A DNA stretch of 53,327 nt from a virus (taxonomy: Duplodnaviria > Caudoviricetes), in the IMG/VR virus record IMGVR_UViG_3300025413_000034, positions 1-53,327 of that record, one strand, 5' to 3'. The notes under the pieces were generated by a model. That model worked only from the letters and a program-made list of their open reading frames with translations. It was not told the origin of the DNA and did not search any database. This document shows positions 1 to 10,120 of this stretch, one piece after another (within the stretch, counting starts at the first letter, position 1; each line of letters starts with the position of its first letter). The position numbers were made by a program, and so were the translations under genes.

Positions 1-1258
1 CTTGAGTACCTTGTGTTCCGTCGGTACCTTGAGTACCTTGCTGACCTTCAGTTCCCTGTGCGCCTTGTGTTCCATCAGTGCCCTGAGTTCCCTGAGTTCC
101 ATCAGTGCCTTGAGCACCTTGTGTACCGTCTACACCCTGTGTGCCCTGCGTTCCTTGAGCACCACGAGTACCTTGAGTTCCCTGTGTACCATCAGTTCCT
201 TGTGTACCGTCGGTACCCTGAGTTCCCTGTTGACCTTCAGTTCCTTGTGTTCCCTGTGCGCCGCGAGTTCCTTGTGTACCTTGCTGTCCTTCAGTACCTT
301 GAGCACCCTGTGTGCCATCTGTACCTTGAGTGCCCTGTGTTCCATCTGTGCCCTGGGTACCTTGAGAGCCAGTTGTACCTTGTACACCTGTTGCTCCATC
401 AAGGTTAATTGTCCATGAAGAGTAGTTTCCAGAACCAACAATGGTATGAATATTTATTTGGATGTAATTAGATGGCACTGTCTCGTAGTAAGCAACAGTT
501 CCAGTCATGTAGTTATTAATGTCGTAAGCAACAACGACATCTTGACCTACTGAGTAAGAAAGATTTTCGTCATTTACATAGAAGACTACGCCATCTGCTA
601 CTGCAATATCATTTGCGGTATTAGAGGTTGTCTTATAGCGGTCAGAGTGACCGTCTGTACCTTGAGCACCATCGGTACCTTGTGTACCCTGTGCGCCATC
701 AGTACCCTGAGTTCCTTGGGTACCATCTGTGCCTTGAGTTCCTTGTGTGCCATCGGTTCCCTGAGTTCCTTGCTGACCGTCTGTGCCTTGAGTACCTTGG
801 GTGCCATCAGTTCCTTGGGTACCCTGAGTACCATCAGTTCCCTGTGTTCCCTGGGTACCGTCTGTTCCCTGTGTACCTTGGGTACCATCGGTGCCTTGTG
901 TACCCTGTGTGCCGTCAGTACCTTGTGTGCCCTGAGTTCCCTGTGTTCCCTGAGTGCCTTGAGTTCCGTGGGTTCCCTGAGTTCCCTGTGTACCTTGAGC
1001 ACCATCAGCACCTACATAACCTGCGGTTCCTTGTGTACCTTGAACACCATCAGTACCTTGTGTGCCTTGTGTACCTTGAGGACCAAATGCAATCCACGCA
1101 GTTCCATTCCATTGCTTAATGTACTTGTCGGTTGTGTCATAGTAAATCTGACCTTCGACAGGGTTTGTTGGTTGGCTGGCAGTTGAAAGGTTTTGAATGC
1201 GAGCATTCTGAAGTTCAAGTTTTCCAAGGTCTATTGGAGTCAAAAATTTTCTTGCCAT
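1..1258 (-). CDS. Collagen-like (G-X-Y repeat) tail fibre/virion protein, runs off the window edge
   Basis: Manual translation from ATG 1258: [24 protein letters not shown]...[21 protein letters not shown], then long [10 protein letters not shown] repeats with a globular spacer at about 410-660. No stop before position 1, so it is missing from the ORF track. Confidence 0.85.
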   Translation of the reverse strand, partial: MARKFLTPIDLGKLELQNARIQNLSTASQPTNPVEGQIYYDTTDKYIKQWNGTAWIAFGPQGTQGTQGTDGVQGTQGTAGYVGADGAQGTQGTQGTHGTQGTQGTQGTQGTQGTDGTQGTQGTDGTQGTQGTDGTQGTQGTDGTQGTQGTDGTQGTQGTDGQQGTQGTDGTQGTQGTDGTQGTQGTDGAQGTQGTDGAQGTDGHSDRYKTTSNTANDIAVADGVVFYVNDENLSYSVGQDVVVAYDINNYMTGTVAYYETVPSNYIQINIHTIVGSGNYSSWTINLDGATGVQGTTGSQGTQGTDGTQGTQGTDGTQGAQGTEGQQGTQGTRGAQGTQGTEGQQGTQGTDGTQGTDGTQGTQGTRGAQGTQGTQGVDGTQGAQGTDGTQGTQGTDGTQGAQGTEGQQGTQGTDGTQGTQ

Positions 1259-1270
1259 TCGGTTATCTCC

Positions 1271-1834
1271 TTAAGATAAGTAGGCTTCGCCTGAAAACGC
1301 TGTTGCAAATGTGACTGTTAAGGAGTCCGAATTAGTGTATGTGATCTCGCCTTCGACTATATTACCAGCCGAATCCTGCACTGTAATGTTAGGGTAAAAA
1401 TGCAAATTGTGGGTGATAACCCACGTACTATTTGCTACCCCTTGGGTGTGAACATACGCCACTCTTTGTGGAGTAAAGTATAGGTTTGTTACACCTTCAG
1501 ATAAGTCATCTGTAGTGCCTAGTGATGTTCCAGAGATACCTTGAGTACCAGGTTCTCCTTGGGAACCCTGTACACCTTGTGTTCCACTGCCTGTAGATCC
1601 CTGTACACCTTGGATACCTGTTGTTCCTTGTGTACCTTGCGCCCCACCACCAGGTCCAATCGGTCCTTGTGCGCCTTGTATTCCTGTTCCAGTTGCGCCC
1701 TGGGTTCCTTGTGTTCCTTGAGTACCGCGAGCACCGCCTTGACCAGGACCGACAATAATCGTTGGACCCTGTACACCTTGAATTCCATTGCACTGACCAC
1801 AACTGCAACCAACTACATGGCTAACGCGTGTCAT
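1271..1834 (-). CDS. Collagen-repeat virion protein
   Basis: GTQGTQG repeats plus C-terminal WVITHNL..YPNITVQD domain typical of phage minor tail proteins. Confidence 0.75.
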   Translation of the reverse strand: MTRVSHVVGCSCGQCNGIQGVQGPTIIVGPGQGGARGTQGTQGTQGATGTGIQGAQGPIGPGGGAQGTQGTTGIQGVQGSTGSGTQGVQGSQGEPGTQGISGTSLGTTDDLSEGVTNLYFTPQRVAYVHTQGVANSTWVITHNLHFYPNITVQDSAGNIVEGEITYTNSDSLTVTFATAFSGEAYLS

Positions 1835-2880
1835 ACGGTAGCCTCTCGTGTAACAAACAGCGCTCCTCGCATGTAGGTTTGTTCGTACCCTGAATCATCA
1901 GATGCTGATGCTTGAATATCCCAGAAGCAAAGATCTGGTAAAGCCTCTGTTTGTTGACTTGTAAGTGTCAAAGTTAACTTTGTGTTATCTCCATCAACAA
2001 ACTCAATGTCAAATGCTGCAAGAGGAATACCATCACCAAACTGCATGTGGATTTCAGACTTCCAAGTATAGGCTGTTACGTCAAATGGGAACTGCAGAGT
2101 AACTTCAAATGAGTCACCTTGATATGCGTTTAAATCAAATGTAGGAACATCCGATGGGAACTGTTGAGAGCCATAGGTAGGCATTGGCAGGAGCGCCCTT
2201 TGAGGCATAGAACGATCGTCCACTTCTTGAGGAAGATAGATAGGCACATAGCGGTTGCTGAATTTAGCAATACGACGAAGTTGGAACATGTCGATCTTGT
2301 AGAGACCGATACCCAACTGTGAGCACAACTCAACGTACTGAGCCTTACGCTGCTGAGTCATATCCATCAATTGACGGTAACGCTCGGAGCGAGGAATCTG
2401 TACGCCATCTGGGGCGGTAATATCAATGTCAAATGCGGCATCGTTAGCCAAAGTGTAAAGGGCTAAAGTAGCGGCGTAAACAACTACTGGGTACTCTTCA
2501 ACACCAGGAAGATTAGCGATAGTCACACCGCGACCGTATGGGTCAGCATGATTCTTTGTGTGCTGGTTAAACGCATCAGTGATGAAGTTGCAAATTTCGT
2601 TGTTAGTAAAGTAACGGTAATACGTTCCAGCAACAACGATTGGTGCCCCAGCATTTGGGAGAGAATCAAAGGTTATGTAACCAGTCTCTTCTTCGACAAG
2701 AACAGCGTTAGATACATCTGACCCATTAACATGGATAATAAGGTTTGCACCATCTACAGGAGAGTATGGAACAAGGTAACGGTTTGTGATTCCGTCTGCT
2801 GTTGTCTGGTAGACAAAGGACTTGCCGATATCGCCTATCTCAGAACGAAGGCGTTCCGCCAGACTGGATAACGTAGCCAC
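1831..2880 (-). CDS. Putative head-tail adaptor/neck protein with C-terminal BppU-like beta domain
   Basis: Position downstream of capsid; LRSEIGD and YFTNNEI motifs; C-terminal YQGDSF...LTLTSQQT...WDIQ. Confidence 0.5.
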   Translation of the reverse strand: MATLSSLAERLRSEIGDIGKSFVYQTTADGITNRYLVPYSPVDGANLIIHVNGSDVSNAVLVEEETGYITFDSLPNAGAPIVVAGTYYRYFTNNEICNFITDAFNQHTKNHADPYGRGVTIANLPGVEEYPVVVYAATLALYTLANDAAFDIDITAPDGVQIPRSERYRQLMDMTQQRKAQYVELCSQLGIGLYKIDMFQLRRIAKFSNRYVPIYLPQEVDDRSMPQRALLPMPTYGSQQFPSDVPTFDLNAYQGDSFEVTLQFPFDVTAYTWKSEIHMQFGDGIPLAAFDIEFVDGDNTKLTLTLTSQQTEALPDLCFWDIQASASDDSGYEQTYMRGALFVTREATV

Positions 2881-2937
2881 AAAACCTCCGAAAACTGTTT
2901 GGCGTAATCATCTCGTGTTATTCACAATATGTACGCA

Positions 2938-2988
2938 TAAAAAGGTCCGACCCCCAACTGGGAGGAGGGCGGGAACCAGTTGAGGGTC
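2938..2988 (-). terminator. Rho-independent terminator-like hairpin
   Basis: GACCCTCAACTGG-loop-CCAGTTGGGGGTC followed by TTTTT on the minus strand. Confidence 0.65.
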
Positions 2989-3005
2989 AGACTACTAGCG
3001 ACGGC

Positions 3006-3377
3006 TTAGTTTGGCCGCCAAATATATCCAAGTTCTTCGAGATAATTTGCTAGGTCTGGAGATACGCGGTACTTAACTCCTGCTTTAAAAGAGAGAGTAT
3101 TTCCGACTCCGTATGTCATATCGTCAATATCAGTGATTGTACGAATGATTACTGAGTTGTTTGCTGTACTTACTCCGACGTTTTCAATCTCGTCAAGAAC
3201 AATAGGTGCTGTTGCATTCGTTGGATCGAATACGTTGTTTTCTAGTGTCTCTGCCTCAACCTGAGCCGCAATTGAAATCTCATCTTTGCGGTCCTGAAGT
3301 GCCTTTGCATTCTTCTTCGCTGCTTGTTCTGCAGCGCGTCCTGTTGCGTCCAATGGACTTGTTGGTGTATTTGCCAC
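3006..3377 (-). CDS. Hypothetical virion-associated protein
   Basis: 123 aa ORF with AGGAG RBS directly downstream of the capsid gene. Confidence 0.6.
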   Translation of the reverse strand: MANTPTSPLDATGRAAEQAAKKNAKALQDRKDEISIAAQVEAETLENNVFDPTNATAPIVLDEIENVGVSTANNSVIIRTITDIDDMTYGVGNTLSFKAGVKYRVSPDLANYLEELGYIWRPN

Positions 3378-3485
3378 GGTGTATTTCTCCTAAGTTAGTG
3401 TGGTGTTAAGTGGTGGCTGGGGGCCAAAGAAGGAGTATGACCCCCAGACACCTATTAAGTTGTAAAAGTTATTACAAACCAGTTA

Positions 3486-4610
3486 TTAGTTTGTGTAGAC
3501 TTTCACGATAGCCTGATCGGTAATGACACCGAGGCCCCAGATTGCGTACCATGCAAGAGCGTGCTCACGACCGAAGTCGAGAACGCCACCATCGCGGAGT
3601 TCAACTGGAAGAGCGATAGCGTGACCAAAAGCGTTGTCACCAATCATGATTGACTCATAGACTGTTGCAGACGCTGTTGAGTCTGATCCACCTGCTGGGT
3701 ATGGTGAAGTTGAACCTTCTGGGTTTCCACCCTGACCAGGAGCGGTGTTAGCCTTTACAGGGACATCGGTCTGGTATGAAGGAGCACCAACAAAGTTGGT
3801 ATAGTCAACAACAGATGAAGAAGCGAACTGCTTGACCTGTGTTGTTTCGATGAAGACTACGTCGTAGAGACGACCGATTTCACCGAGCATGAAGTTACCT
3901 GGAGCAGCGTACTTTGTAACTTCGATGAACTCTGGGTTCGAACGAATGTCACGAGACTGCTTTGGGTGGATGAACTGGACGTAAGTCTCGCCCAACCGTG
4001 GGATGTTCTTGGAAGCGAGGGTAAGGGCAGCATCCTTGACAGCACCTGTAGACAACTTGAAAGCGCCTGTGAGGTCTGCGATCTTTGTACCCTTTGTACC
4101 TTCGTTGTACCAATCGTTTACACCCTGGAGTGAAGTACGGTCATAACCGAAGACAGCAGATGTCGCAGCAGAGAGTGTGTTGCGAGCCTGGATGTCGAGG
4201 TACTGAGCCATGTGACGGCCAAGAAGACGTGAAGCAGAAGCCATGATGTCATCAAATGATGAGTTCAAGAGCAACTCAGAGACAGCAACGCCGTAACCCT
4301 GTTCTGCAACTGTGATTGCAATCTGCTCTGCTGTGAGAGCGTTTGTTGTCATACGAACACCTTCTGTAAGAGGTGTTGGATCGACAGCAAAGTTCTTGTA
4401 ACGGAGGAAGTTCACACGAAGACCTGGTGCAACACCGAGTTCTGTCTTCTTAACTGCAAACTGTTCGAAACGAAGAATTGGCATTGCCTGGAACAAGATT
4501 TCCTTGGACCAGATTGTCTGAATTGCTTGGTTCAGGCTTGAGTTTGAGCCTGAGTAAGCGGTTGGGGCTCCTGCGAGTTGCGAGGAACCTGTAATTGCTG
4601 AACCAGCCAT
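3486..4610 (-). CDS. Major capsid protein (N4-gp56 family, HK97 fold)
   Basis: LTEGV, YVQFIHP, GEIGRLYDVVFIET and DFGREHALAWY motifs; position after the scaffold gene. Confidence 0.9.
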   Translation of the reverse strand: MAGSAITGSSQLAGAPTAYSGSNSSLNQAIQTIWSKEILFQAMPILRFEQFAVKKTELGVAPGLRVNFLRYKNFAVDPTPLTEGVRMTTNALTAEQIAITVAEQGYGVAVSELLLNSSFDDIMASASRLLGRHMAQYLDIQARNTLSAATSAVFGYDRTSLQGVNDWYNEGTKGTKIADLTGAFKLSTGAVKDAALTLASKNIPRLGETYVQFIHPKQSRDIRSNPEFIEVTKYAAPGNFMLGEIGRLYDVVFIETTQVKQFASSSVVDYTNFVGAPSYQTDVPVKANTAPGQGGNPEGSTSPYPAGGSDSTASATVYESIMIGDNAFGHAIALPVELRDGGVLDFGREHALAWYAIWGLGVITDQAIVKVYTN

Positions 4611-4645
4611 TTATGGCAGTCCTTTCTGTAAGTTGTTGGGGGGAA

Positions 4646-5398
4646 TTAACCGAACAGTCCCTGACCGCGATTATTGGCTGCTGTGCCGAGTAGTTTGGCG
4701 CGTTGCTTCTGATATTCTGCCATGTCCATGCCGCGAATTCCTTCGGGCGTATACGATTGTTGTCCCATTTCGTTATCGAGAGGTCCTGAGGCAGGCGCCG
4801 TGATACGGGTACCTACCATCTGTTGCTTACTTGCTTGAACTGTCTGCATCACATCTTGCATAATTCCTGCGGACTTATCCTTGAGTGTTGCAATACTCTG
4901 TTCAATTTCTTCTGGTGTATTACCGCCTATTAGGTCAATGAGTTGAGGCACGATTGAATCGCGCTCTTCCTCAAGACGCTGTGAGCGATAAGCCATCAAA
5001 TCCTGGAACTTACGTTCCTGATCTAGGAGAGCAAAAGCACGTTCTCTTTCAAGACGTTCATTCTCAAGTTGAGAATTAAATTCTTGCTCCTTCTTAGCGA
5101 GGAGTTCTTTAAAGGAAAGTTCTTTGACTTCCTTCTGCTTTTCTTTCTCCGCTTTTTGTGCTTCACGTTCAGCCTGTCGTGCTGCCTTACGTGCGGCTGC
5201 TTCTTCGCGTTCCTTCTTAAGGGCGGCAAGTTCTTCAGCCATCTTTTCCATCTGTGGATATAACTTAGCCTTCTCCTGCGCACGAGCCTTTGCAAGGTCA
5301 TCTGCAGTAAATCCTGGCACTGTAGCCTCCACTGGTACTTCTTGGATTGGCGCAACTTCTGCTGCGACTGTTTCCATCACTTCTTGATTATCGGCCAT
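4646..5398 (-). CDS. Capsid scaffolding protein
   Basis: Charged coiled coil between portal and capsid; C-terminal MDMAEYQKQRAKLL coat-binding-like helix. Confidence 0.75.
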   Translation of the reverse strand: MADNQEVMETVAAEVAPIQEVPVEATVPGFTADDLAKARAQEKAKLYPQMEKMAEELAALKKEREEAAARKAARQAEREAQKAEKEKQKEVKELSFKELLAKKEQEFNSQLENERLERERAFALLDQERKFQDLMAYRSQRLEEERDSIVPQLIDLIGGNTPEEIEQSIATLKDKSAGIMQDVMQTVQASKQQMVGTRITAPASGPLDNEMGQQSYTPEGIRGMDMAEYQKQRAKLLGTAANNRGQGLFG

Positions 5399-5525
5399 TA
5401 TTGGTCACCTATTTTTCTTATGTCGTTGTCCGTATGCCTTGCGGCGTGTCCCTTGGTTTCTTACAAGACTATTGCATTACAAAATGTCGCAATTGTCTCG
5501 ATATACTCTGATGTTTATCAGAATG

Positions 5526-7268
5526 CTAGTTGTCGTTGCGGTCGACATTCCTTCGTTGCACCTGCTTGGTGCCGTAGGCTTCTTCCACTAACTGCTGACG
5601 AATTGCGCCTTCGGTTTGATCCTCTAGGCTTTCGTTCATCTGCTGTGCTGGGTCGTTAACACTCTCTGGTGTCTCTGGACCCTGAATTCCATCACCCATA
5701 ACGTCACCATCACCAAGTTGTGTTGGCTGCATAGGGATGGCAGAAGTTCCATCAGGACCAGGCATCATGCCCGTCATATCCATGATCTGCTTCTGGATCT
5801 GAATCTTGAGAAGTTGTAGGGCTCCATCGGCCTTGGCATCTTCCTTCAACTCATCACGAATCTCACGAAGTTTTTCTTCTGGGAACTCCTCGCCCAAGGT
5901 ACGCAGAGCGCCTTCCTTAGACTCAAGACCAGCAGCCATCTTTGCCTGGACTTCATTCAAGACGATTAACTTATCGAGAGGAAGTGGAGGTGGGAACTGC
6001 ACATAGTTCTGGTATGTGATTGGATCGTTAGGATCAAGGACAGCAAGTTGGTCTGACTTCAGTGGGCCATCAACTTCTGGGTTAAACATCAGAGTCTCTG
6101 GCTCTTTAAGAGCCAAGTTACGAAGTACGAGTTCGTTAATGCGCTCAACACCCTTGCCGTACTGAATGACCTTCTGGGAGTAGCGGTTCATCAGTGGCTG
6201 GTACTGGATAGAGAGAGCAACACCTGAGGTGTTAGAGATTGGCTGAACTTGTCCAAGGGCACTCTCTGGGATGTTCATGATCTCGTGCATAGAGCGCTTG
6301 AGAAGTTCTAGGTATTGAAGAGCGCCGTTGATACCTTCAGCACCACCATCAAGGTTGAATACCTGAGCGTCCTTTGGAAGTCCGCCCCATACCTTGCTCG
6401 CACCCTTTTCCAGATTTGATGCCTTAGCACCGATGATGACTGTTACTGGTGCAGCGTGGTAGTTGATGATGTCAGCGACGTCTGTAGCAATTTCATTATA
6501 TGTGCGGTTGATCGTGATGATGTCTTGGCAATCTGCAAGACCCCAAGGAGAACCTGTTACAGGAATGTTAGGGATATGTACCACTGGAATAAGGCCTAGT
6601 GGGTTTGGACGTGAGTCGATCAACTCGTCGTTGATGTACTCCTCGATCATGTCATCAGTCAAGATTTCAGTATAGGTAAATACCTGACGTGTTCCTTCTA
6701 GAGAGGTACCCCAGAAGCGGTACTTCTGCTTAAAGCGAAGAAGGCGTGTGCGATCGTGTGGGTGGAATTCTGGAAAACAGAATGACGAGTTCATTGGCAG
6801 AATGCGGACACGACCAGGATGGAAGTGACCAGCAGAATCTGTCCATGCCTCTTCGTAGGCAACCTTTACAAAGCAGTCACCTGTGACTCCGCCTTGCTGC
6901 GCCATCTCAAGTAGTACACGCTCTTTGTCGTTATCTACTTCCCATACGCGCTCTAAGCGGTCAGGAACAATTGCTTCCGTTGCTTTAGGGGAACGAAAGT
7001 TAACACCCTTACCAAATGTAAAGCGAGCAAGATAATCTGTAAATGCGCGATAGTAGTTCATCGTCATCTGTGCTTCGCCAGTTTCGCGGCGGTAGCCCCA
7101 TTGATGACCTAGGTACATCGCAAAGTTTAATGAGTAACGGTTTAAGCGAGGACCGTGGACTTCAAACTCTTCATCAGCAAGTTCTACTAATCCAAGTGGG
7201 GAAATAGAAATCGTTAAGTCAGATGATGCCGCTCTGTACGATGGCGGGGAGAAGTCAAGATATGACAT
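5526..7268 (-). CDS. Portal protein (SPP1 gp6-like)
   Basis: 580 aa; NPLGLIPVVHIPN, SGVAL and acidic tail; located between TerL and scaffold. Confidence 0.9.
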   Translation of the reverse strand: MSYLDFSPPSYRAASSDLTISISPLGLVELADEEFEVHGPRLNRYSLNFAMYLGHQWGYRRETGEAQMTMNYYRAFTDYLARFTFGKGVNFRSPKATEAIVPDRLERVWEVDNDKERVLLEMAQQGGVTGDCFVKVAYEEAWTDSAGHFHPGRVRILPMNSSFCFPEFHPHDRTRLLRFKQKYRFWGTSLEGTRQVFTYTEILTDDMIEEYINDELIDSRPNPLGLIPVVHIPNIPVTGSPWGLADCQDIITINRTYNEIATDVADIINYHAAPVTVIIGAKASNLEKGASKVWGGLPKDAQVFNLDGGAEGINGALQYLELLKRSMHEIMNIPESALGQVQPISNTSGVALSIQYQPLMNRYSQKVIQYGKGVERINELVLRNLALKEPETLMFNPEVDGPLKSDQLAVLDPNDPITYQNYVQFPPPLPLDKLIVLNEVQAKMAAGLESKEGALRTLGEEFPEEKLREIRDELKEDAKADGALQLLKIQIQKQIMDMTGMMPGPDGTSAIPMQPTQLGDGDVMGDGIQGPETPESVNDPAQQMNESLEDQTEGAIRQQLVEEAYGTKQVQRRNVDRNDN

Positions 7269-7507
7269 TACTTACCTTTATTCTTTTCTTCTTTTTTTGC
7301 AACTGGCTTACGCTTCTTAGATTCAAATTTCTTCTGTGCAATCTTTTGTCTGCGATCTTTTTCGTGAGTCTCTACAAACTGACCGCCAAGTTCAATGTAG
7401 TGCTTGTGAACCCATGCACTTGCTCCAGGAGATGGATAGGTCGCGTACTTAGCGCGTGCCTGTGCAATGACCATTTGATACAACTTTGGATTTGCTGGTT
7501 TTTGCAT
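7268..7507 (-). CDS. Small basic hypothetical protein
   Basis: 79 aa, PANPKLY...YPSPGASAW; GGAGG RBS; coupled to the portal gene. Confidence 0.6.
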   Translation of the reverse strand: MQKPANPKLYQMVIAQARAKYATYPSPGASAWVHKHYIELGGQFVETHEKDRRQKIAQKKFESKKRKPVAKKEEKNKGK

Positions 7508-7575
7508 TTTATCTCCTCCCTGGATAACCTGACAGCCCCCACATTAATGTGAGGGCTGAACGGTGTCTGTCTAAA

Positions 7576-7971
7576 TTAGTCGTTGACGACTGTTGCAGAC
7601 TGACGCTGTGTGCGTCCGCCTGAGCGAGCGACTGTCTCAATTGTTGCTGCTGAGTAGTCGTTCATTGTGCCGTGTGCAAACTCTCCAAGGAATGTTGGTG
7701 CTTCAACCCATGAGGCTGAACCAACGTGCGCACGCTCTGCCATTGTCTCGGCAGCAGACTTCTCCCAAACTGGAGCATTGCGGTTTGGACGACCAGGGGC
7801 TGTAGCAGCGCCCTGCATCATTCCCTTCTGGAAATCGTTTGGAACATCGGTATCAGTAGCGATACCCTCTTCGAAGCGGAGTGGGCCACGACGTGTTGCG
7901 TTGCCTGCACCCTTCATTTCGTAAACCTGTGGTGCACGCTCTGGGAAGCGTGGTGCTGGTGAGATTGTCAT
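7576..7971 (-). CDS. Hypothetical protein
   Basis: 131 aa ORF with AAGGAG RBS; hairpin downstream at about 7532-7558. Confidence 0.65.
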   Translation of the reverse strand: MTISPAPRFPERAPQVYEMKGAGNATRRGPLRFEEGIATDTDVPNDFQKGMMQGAATAPGRPNRNAPVWEKSAAETMAERAHVGSASWVEAPTFLGEFAHGTMNDYSAATIETVARSGGRTQRQSATVVND

Positions 7972-8047
7972 TATGACTCCTTAAGGATGTGTACGGAAAG
8001 GCCTTTTCCTAGTACATAGTTTCCACCCTTTTTACAGGGTTTTGTTG

Positions 8048-9640
8048 TTAACTAAAGAAAGGATTAGATGAGATGACTACCTCTGGCATCACAAGGTCTT
8101 GGGTAAGACTGCATGCGATAGCCAAAGAATCTGCAAAGTCATCGTGGGCGTAGGTCTCATCAGGTGCGGCAGCAGAGAAGTTAGGTCCTTTGAACTGAAC
8201 TTCAAGGTCGGTCATCTGCTGATAAAAACGCTTCCATGTACGCAATCTGCGAGTTTTTGCATGGGCAGGCCACGTAATGAGTTTGCGCTGAATAAGAGCC
8301 TGCAGATGTTTCCATCGCTTTGATTGCTCTGATTGACTGGATGTGAGAGCCACGACTCTAGAACGTGGAAGCAATAGAGTAAGACGTTGCGCTACTGCAT
8401 CACCCACACCATTGCCGTCTACTCCAGCAACAAGGACGTCGTAGTTAGATAAGAAGTTGACGATCTGGAAGTACTGCTCTTCCCAGTCCGCTCCCTGGAT
8501 CTCTAGCCAGTTAAGTACCTTATGCTCAAAGTATCCAAATTCATCGGGGCGATCCCAGTCAACCCACACAACAGTCACAACTGTTGAGTCAGTCTTACGG
8601 GCTGGGTCGATACCCACCACCACTGGGGTCTTATGCCAGGACTTCACTAACTCTTGAGAGGTATCGCCTAGTTCATCCATGATGGCTGAGGTAACGAACA
8701 TACCGCGCTCAAGGAGCCACTTACAGTTGTACGACATCTGGAACTCATCCGAGTCCTCACCAATACGCAGCATCTCTTTCTTGATAGAGCGCTCGTAGTT
8801 GGGGTTGTACTTAATAACCTCTTTCCAGTCCCACTGGAAGTGATTCTGTCTGGAGTTACGCCCAGTCTGTCGGCGCTTGTTTAACTGAATAGCCTTATAG
8901 AAGTTGTTCTTACTGGTTGTAGGTGTTCCAGTCTTGACCATGGTTCCTGCGTAGTACGCCAACATAGGCGCGATTGACTTGGATACTACGAAGTCATCAG
9001 CCTCTTGACACTCATCGATAACGATAAGATGGAACGACTTAGATTCAATCTTTGCTCGTGGGTTTGCGGTCATCATCGTCATAGTCGAGCCAGATTTGGT
9101 CAACTTGATCTGACGAGTTACTCCACCTACACGGGCAGCCTTATCGTCGATCTCAACGTCATTAAGAATCTCTGTAGCACGCTCAGAGGTTAAACGGGTA
9201 ACGCATCGACCAAAGAGTGTTTCAGCCTGTGACTCTGTAGGAGCGAATAGCCCAACCCATAGTCCATCTTTAAATTTGCCAAGAAGATCTGGGTACAACT
9301 TAGCAAGTCTAGGAAGAAGGATCATTAGCGTCACAACAGTGTCAGCCACTGTCTCTGACTTGCCTGACTGACGAGCGGCTAGGGCTGTAATCTCTTCTGC
9401 GTCATTGATGAGGACAGACTCAATAAGCCGTCTAGCCAATGGCTTCTGATATGGGTGAAGATCGTGTCCTACAAGTTCTTTAAGAAAGAGCATGATCTTG
9501 TCGATCAGTTTGTCTACAAATTGCTGAGATAGTTCGTCTAACTGTTCGTCAGGCTCTTCTTCTGCAGGCTTATCTTCCTGCAAGAAGAACTCAGGAGTAA
9601 TCTCCTCAAACTTCTCATCGTCAAATGACTCGGTGGTCAC
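8048..9640 (-). CDS. terL: Terminase large subunit
   Basis: Walker A ARQSGKS, Walker B LIVIDE, coupling motif TGT, nuclease GIDPA and HDDFADS. Confidence 0.95.
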   Translation of the reverse strand: MTTESFDDEKFEEITPEFFLQEDKPAEEEPDEQLDELSQQFVDKLIDKIMLFLKELVGHDLHPYQKPLARRLIESVLINDAEEITALAARQSGKSETVADTVVTLMILLPRLAKLYPDLLGKFKDGLWVGLFAPTESQAETLFGRCVTRLTSERATEILNDVEIDDKAARVGGVTRQIKLTKSGSTMTMMTANPRAKIESKSFHLIVIDECQEADDFVVSKSIAPMLAYYAGTMVKTGTPTTSKNNFYKAIQLNKRRQTGRNSRQNHFQWDWKEVIKYNPNYERSIKKEMLRIGEDSDEFQMSYNCKWLLERGMFVTSAIMDELGDTSQELVKSWHKTPVVVGIDPARKTDSTVVTVVWVDWDRPDEFGYFEHKVLNWLEIQGADWEEQYFQIVNFLSNYDVLVAGVDGNGVGDAVAQRLTLLLPRSRVVALTSSQSEQSKRWKHLQALIQRKLITWPAHAKTRRLRTWKRFYQQMTDLEVQFKGPNFSAAAPDETYAHDDFADSLAIACSLTQDLVMPEVVISSNPFFS

Positions 9641-9870
9641 AGGGAGCGTCTCTCTAGTTCTTGCGCGATGGCGTGAAAGACTTCAGCGCCCAGTTTTACC
9701 TCAGCAAGATCATCTTTGCTCTGAGTCCTTTGCCAACTGGAAATATGTTTGCCAATCGTAAACATCGACTGTTCCATCCATGCTACTAAGTCTGGCGTAG
9801 AGATCATCGAGACTCTTTTCTCGATCCGACTTTGGGGGCGGTGTCCATCCCGCTTCTTCCGTAAATTCAT
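9637..9870 (-). CDS. Hypothetical protein
   Basis: 77 aa; stop overlaps the TerL start (GTGA). Confidence 0.55.
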   Translation of the reverse strand: MNLRKKRDGHRPQSRIEKRVSMISTPDLVAWMEQSMFTIGKHISSWQRTQSKDDLAEVKLGAEVFHAIAQELERRSL

Positions 9871-10111
9871 CTTCTGTCACAATCCTTAGTCCGATAAGTT
9901 TGTCAACTTCACCTACGTCTGTTTGTCCAGTCCATCTTCCTAATACTAACGCTCTGTATCTAGGAAGTCTTACTATGAGGGGATTAGCCGTCCTGTATGG
10001 GGCTTCTGTCTCTTGAGTCCAGCCACGAGTAATGACTTTGTTGTTCCACTCATAAGGGAACTTGGTAACCTGTACAAAGTGTCGTGGTCCGATTTTATGC
10101 GTCTTTGGCAT
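9710..10111 (-). CDS. Hypothetical protein
   Basis: 133 aa ORF following the KTSC gene; overlaps the next ORF by 161 nt. Confidence 0.55.
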   Translation of the reverse strand: MPKTHKIGPRHFVQVTKFPYEWNNKVITRGWTQETEAPYRTANPLIVRLPRYRALVLGRWTGQTDVGEVDKLIGLRIVTEDEFTEEAGWTPPPKSDREKSLDDLYARLSSMDGTVDVYDWQTYFQLAKDSEQR

Positions 10112-10120
10112 TTCTGCTTC

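Noticed and set aside
1-1080. 9/18-bp periodic repeats as a possible CRISPR or tandem DNA element
   Set aside because: They encode GTQ/GTD/GAQ collagen triplets; there is no constant repeat with unique spacers
2-1186. Cys/Ser/Leu-rich plus-strand ORFs and alternative minus-frame ORFs
   Set aside because: Shadow frames of the collagen G-X-Y repeat gene on the minus strand
9515-9540. LSQQF in the TerL N-terminus as a copy of the leader motif
   Set aside because: Spacing differs, and it is about 37 residues from the start; likely chance
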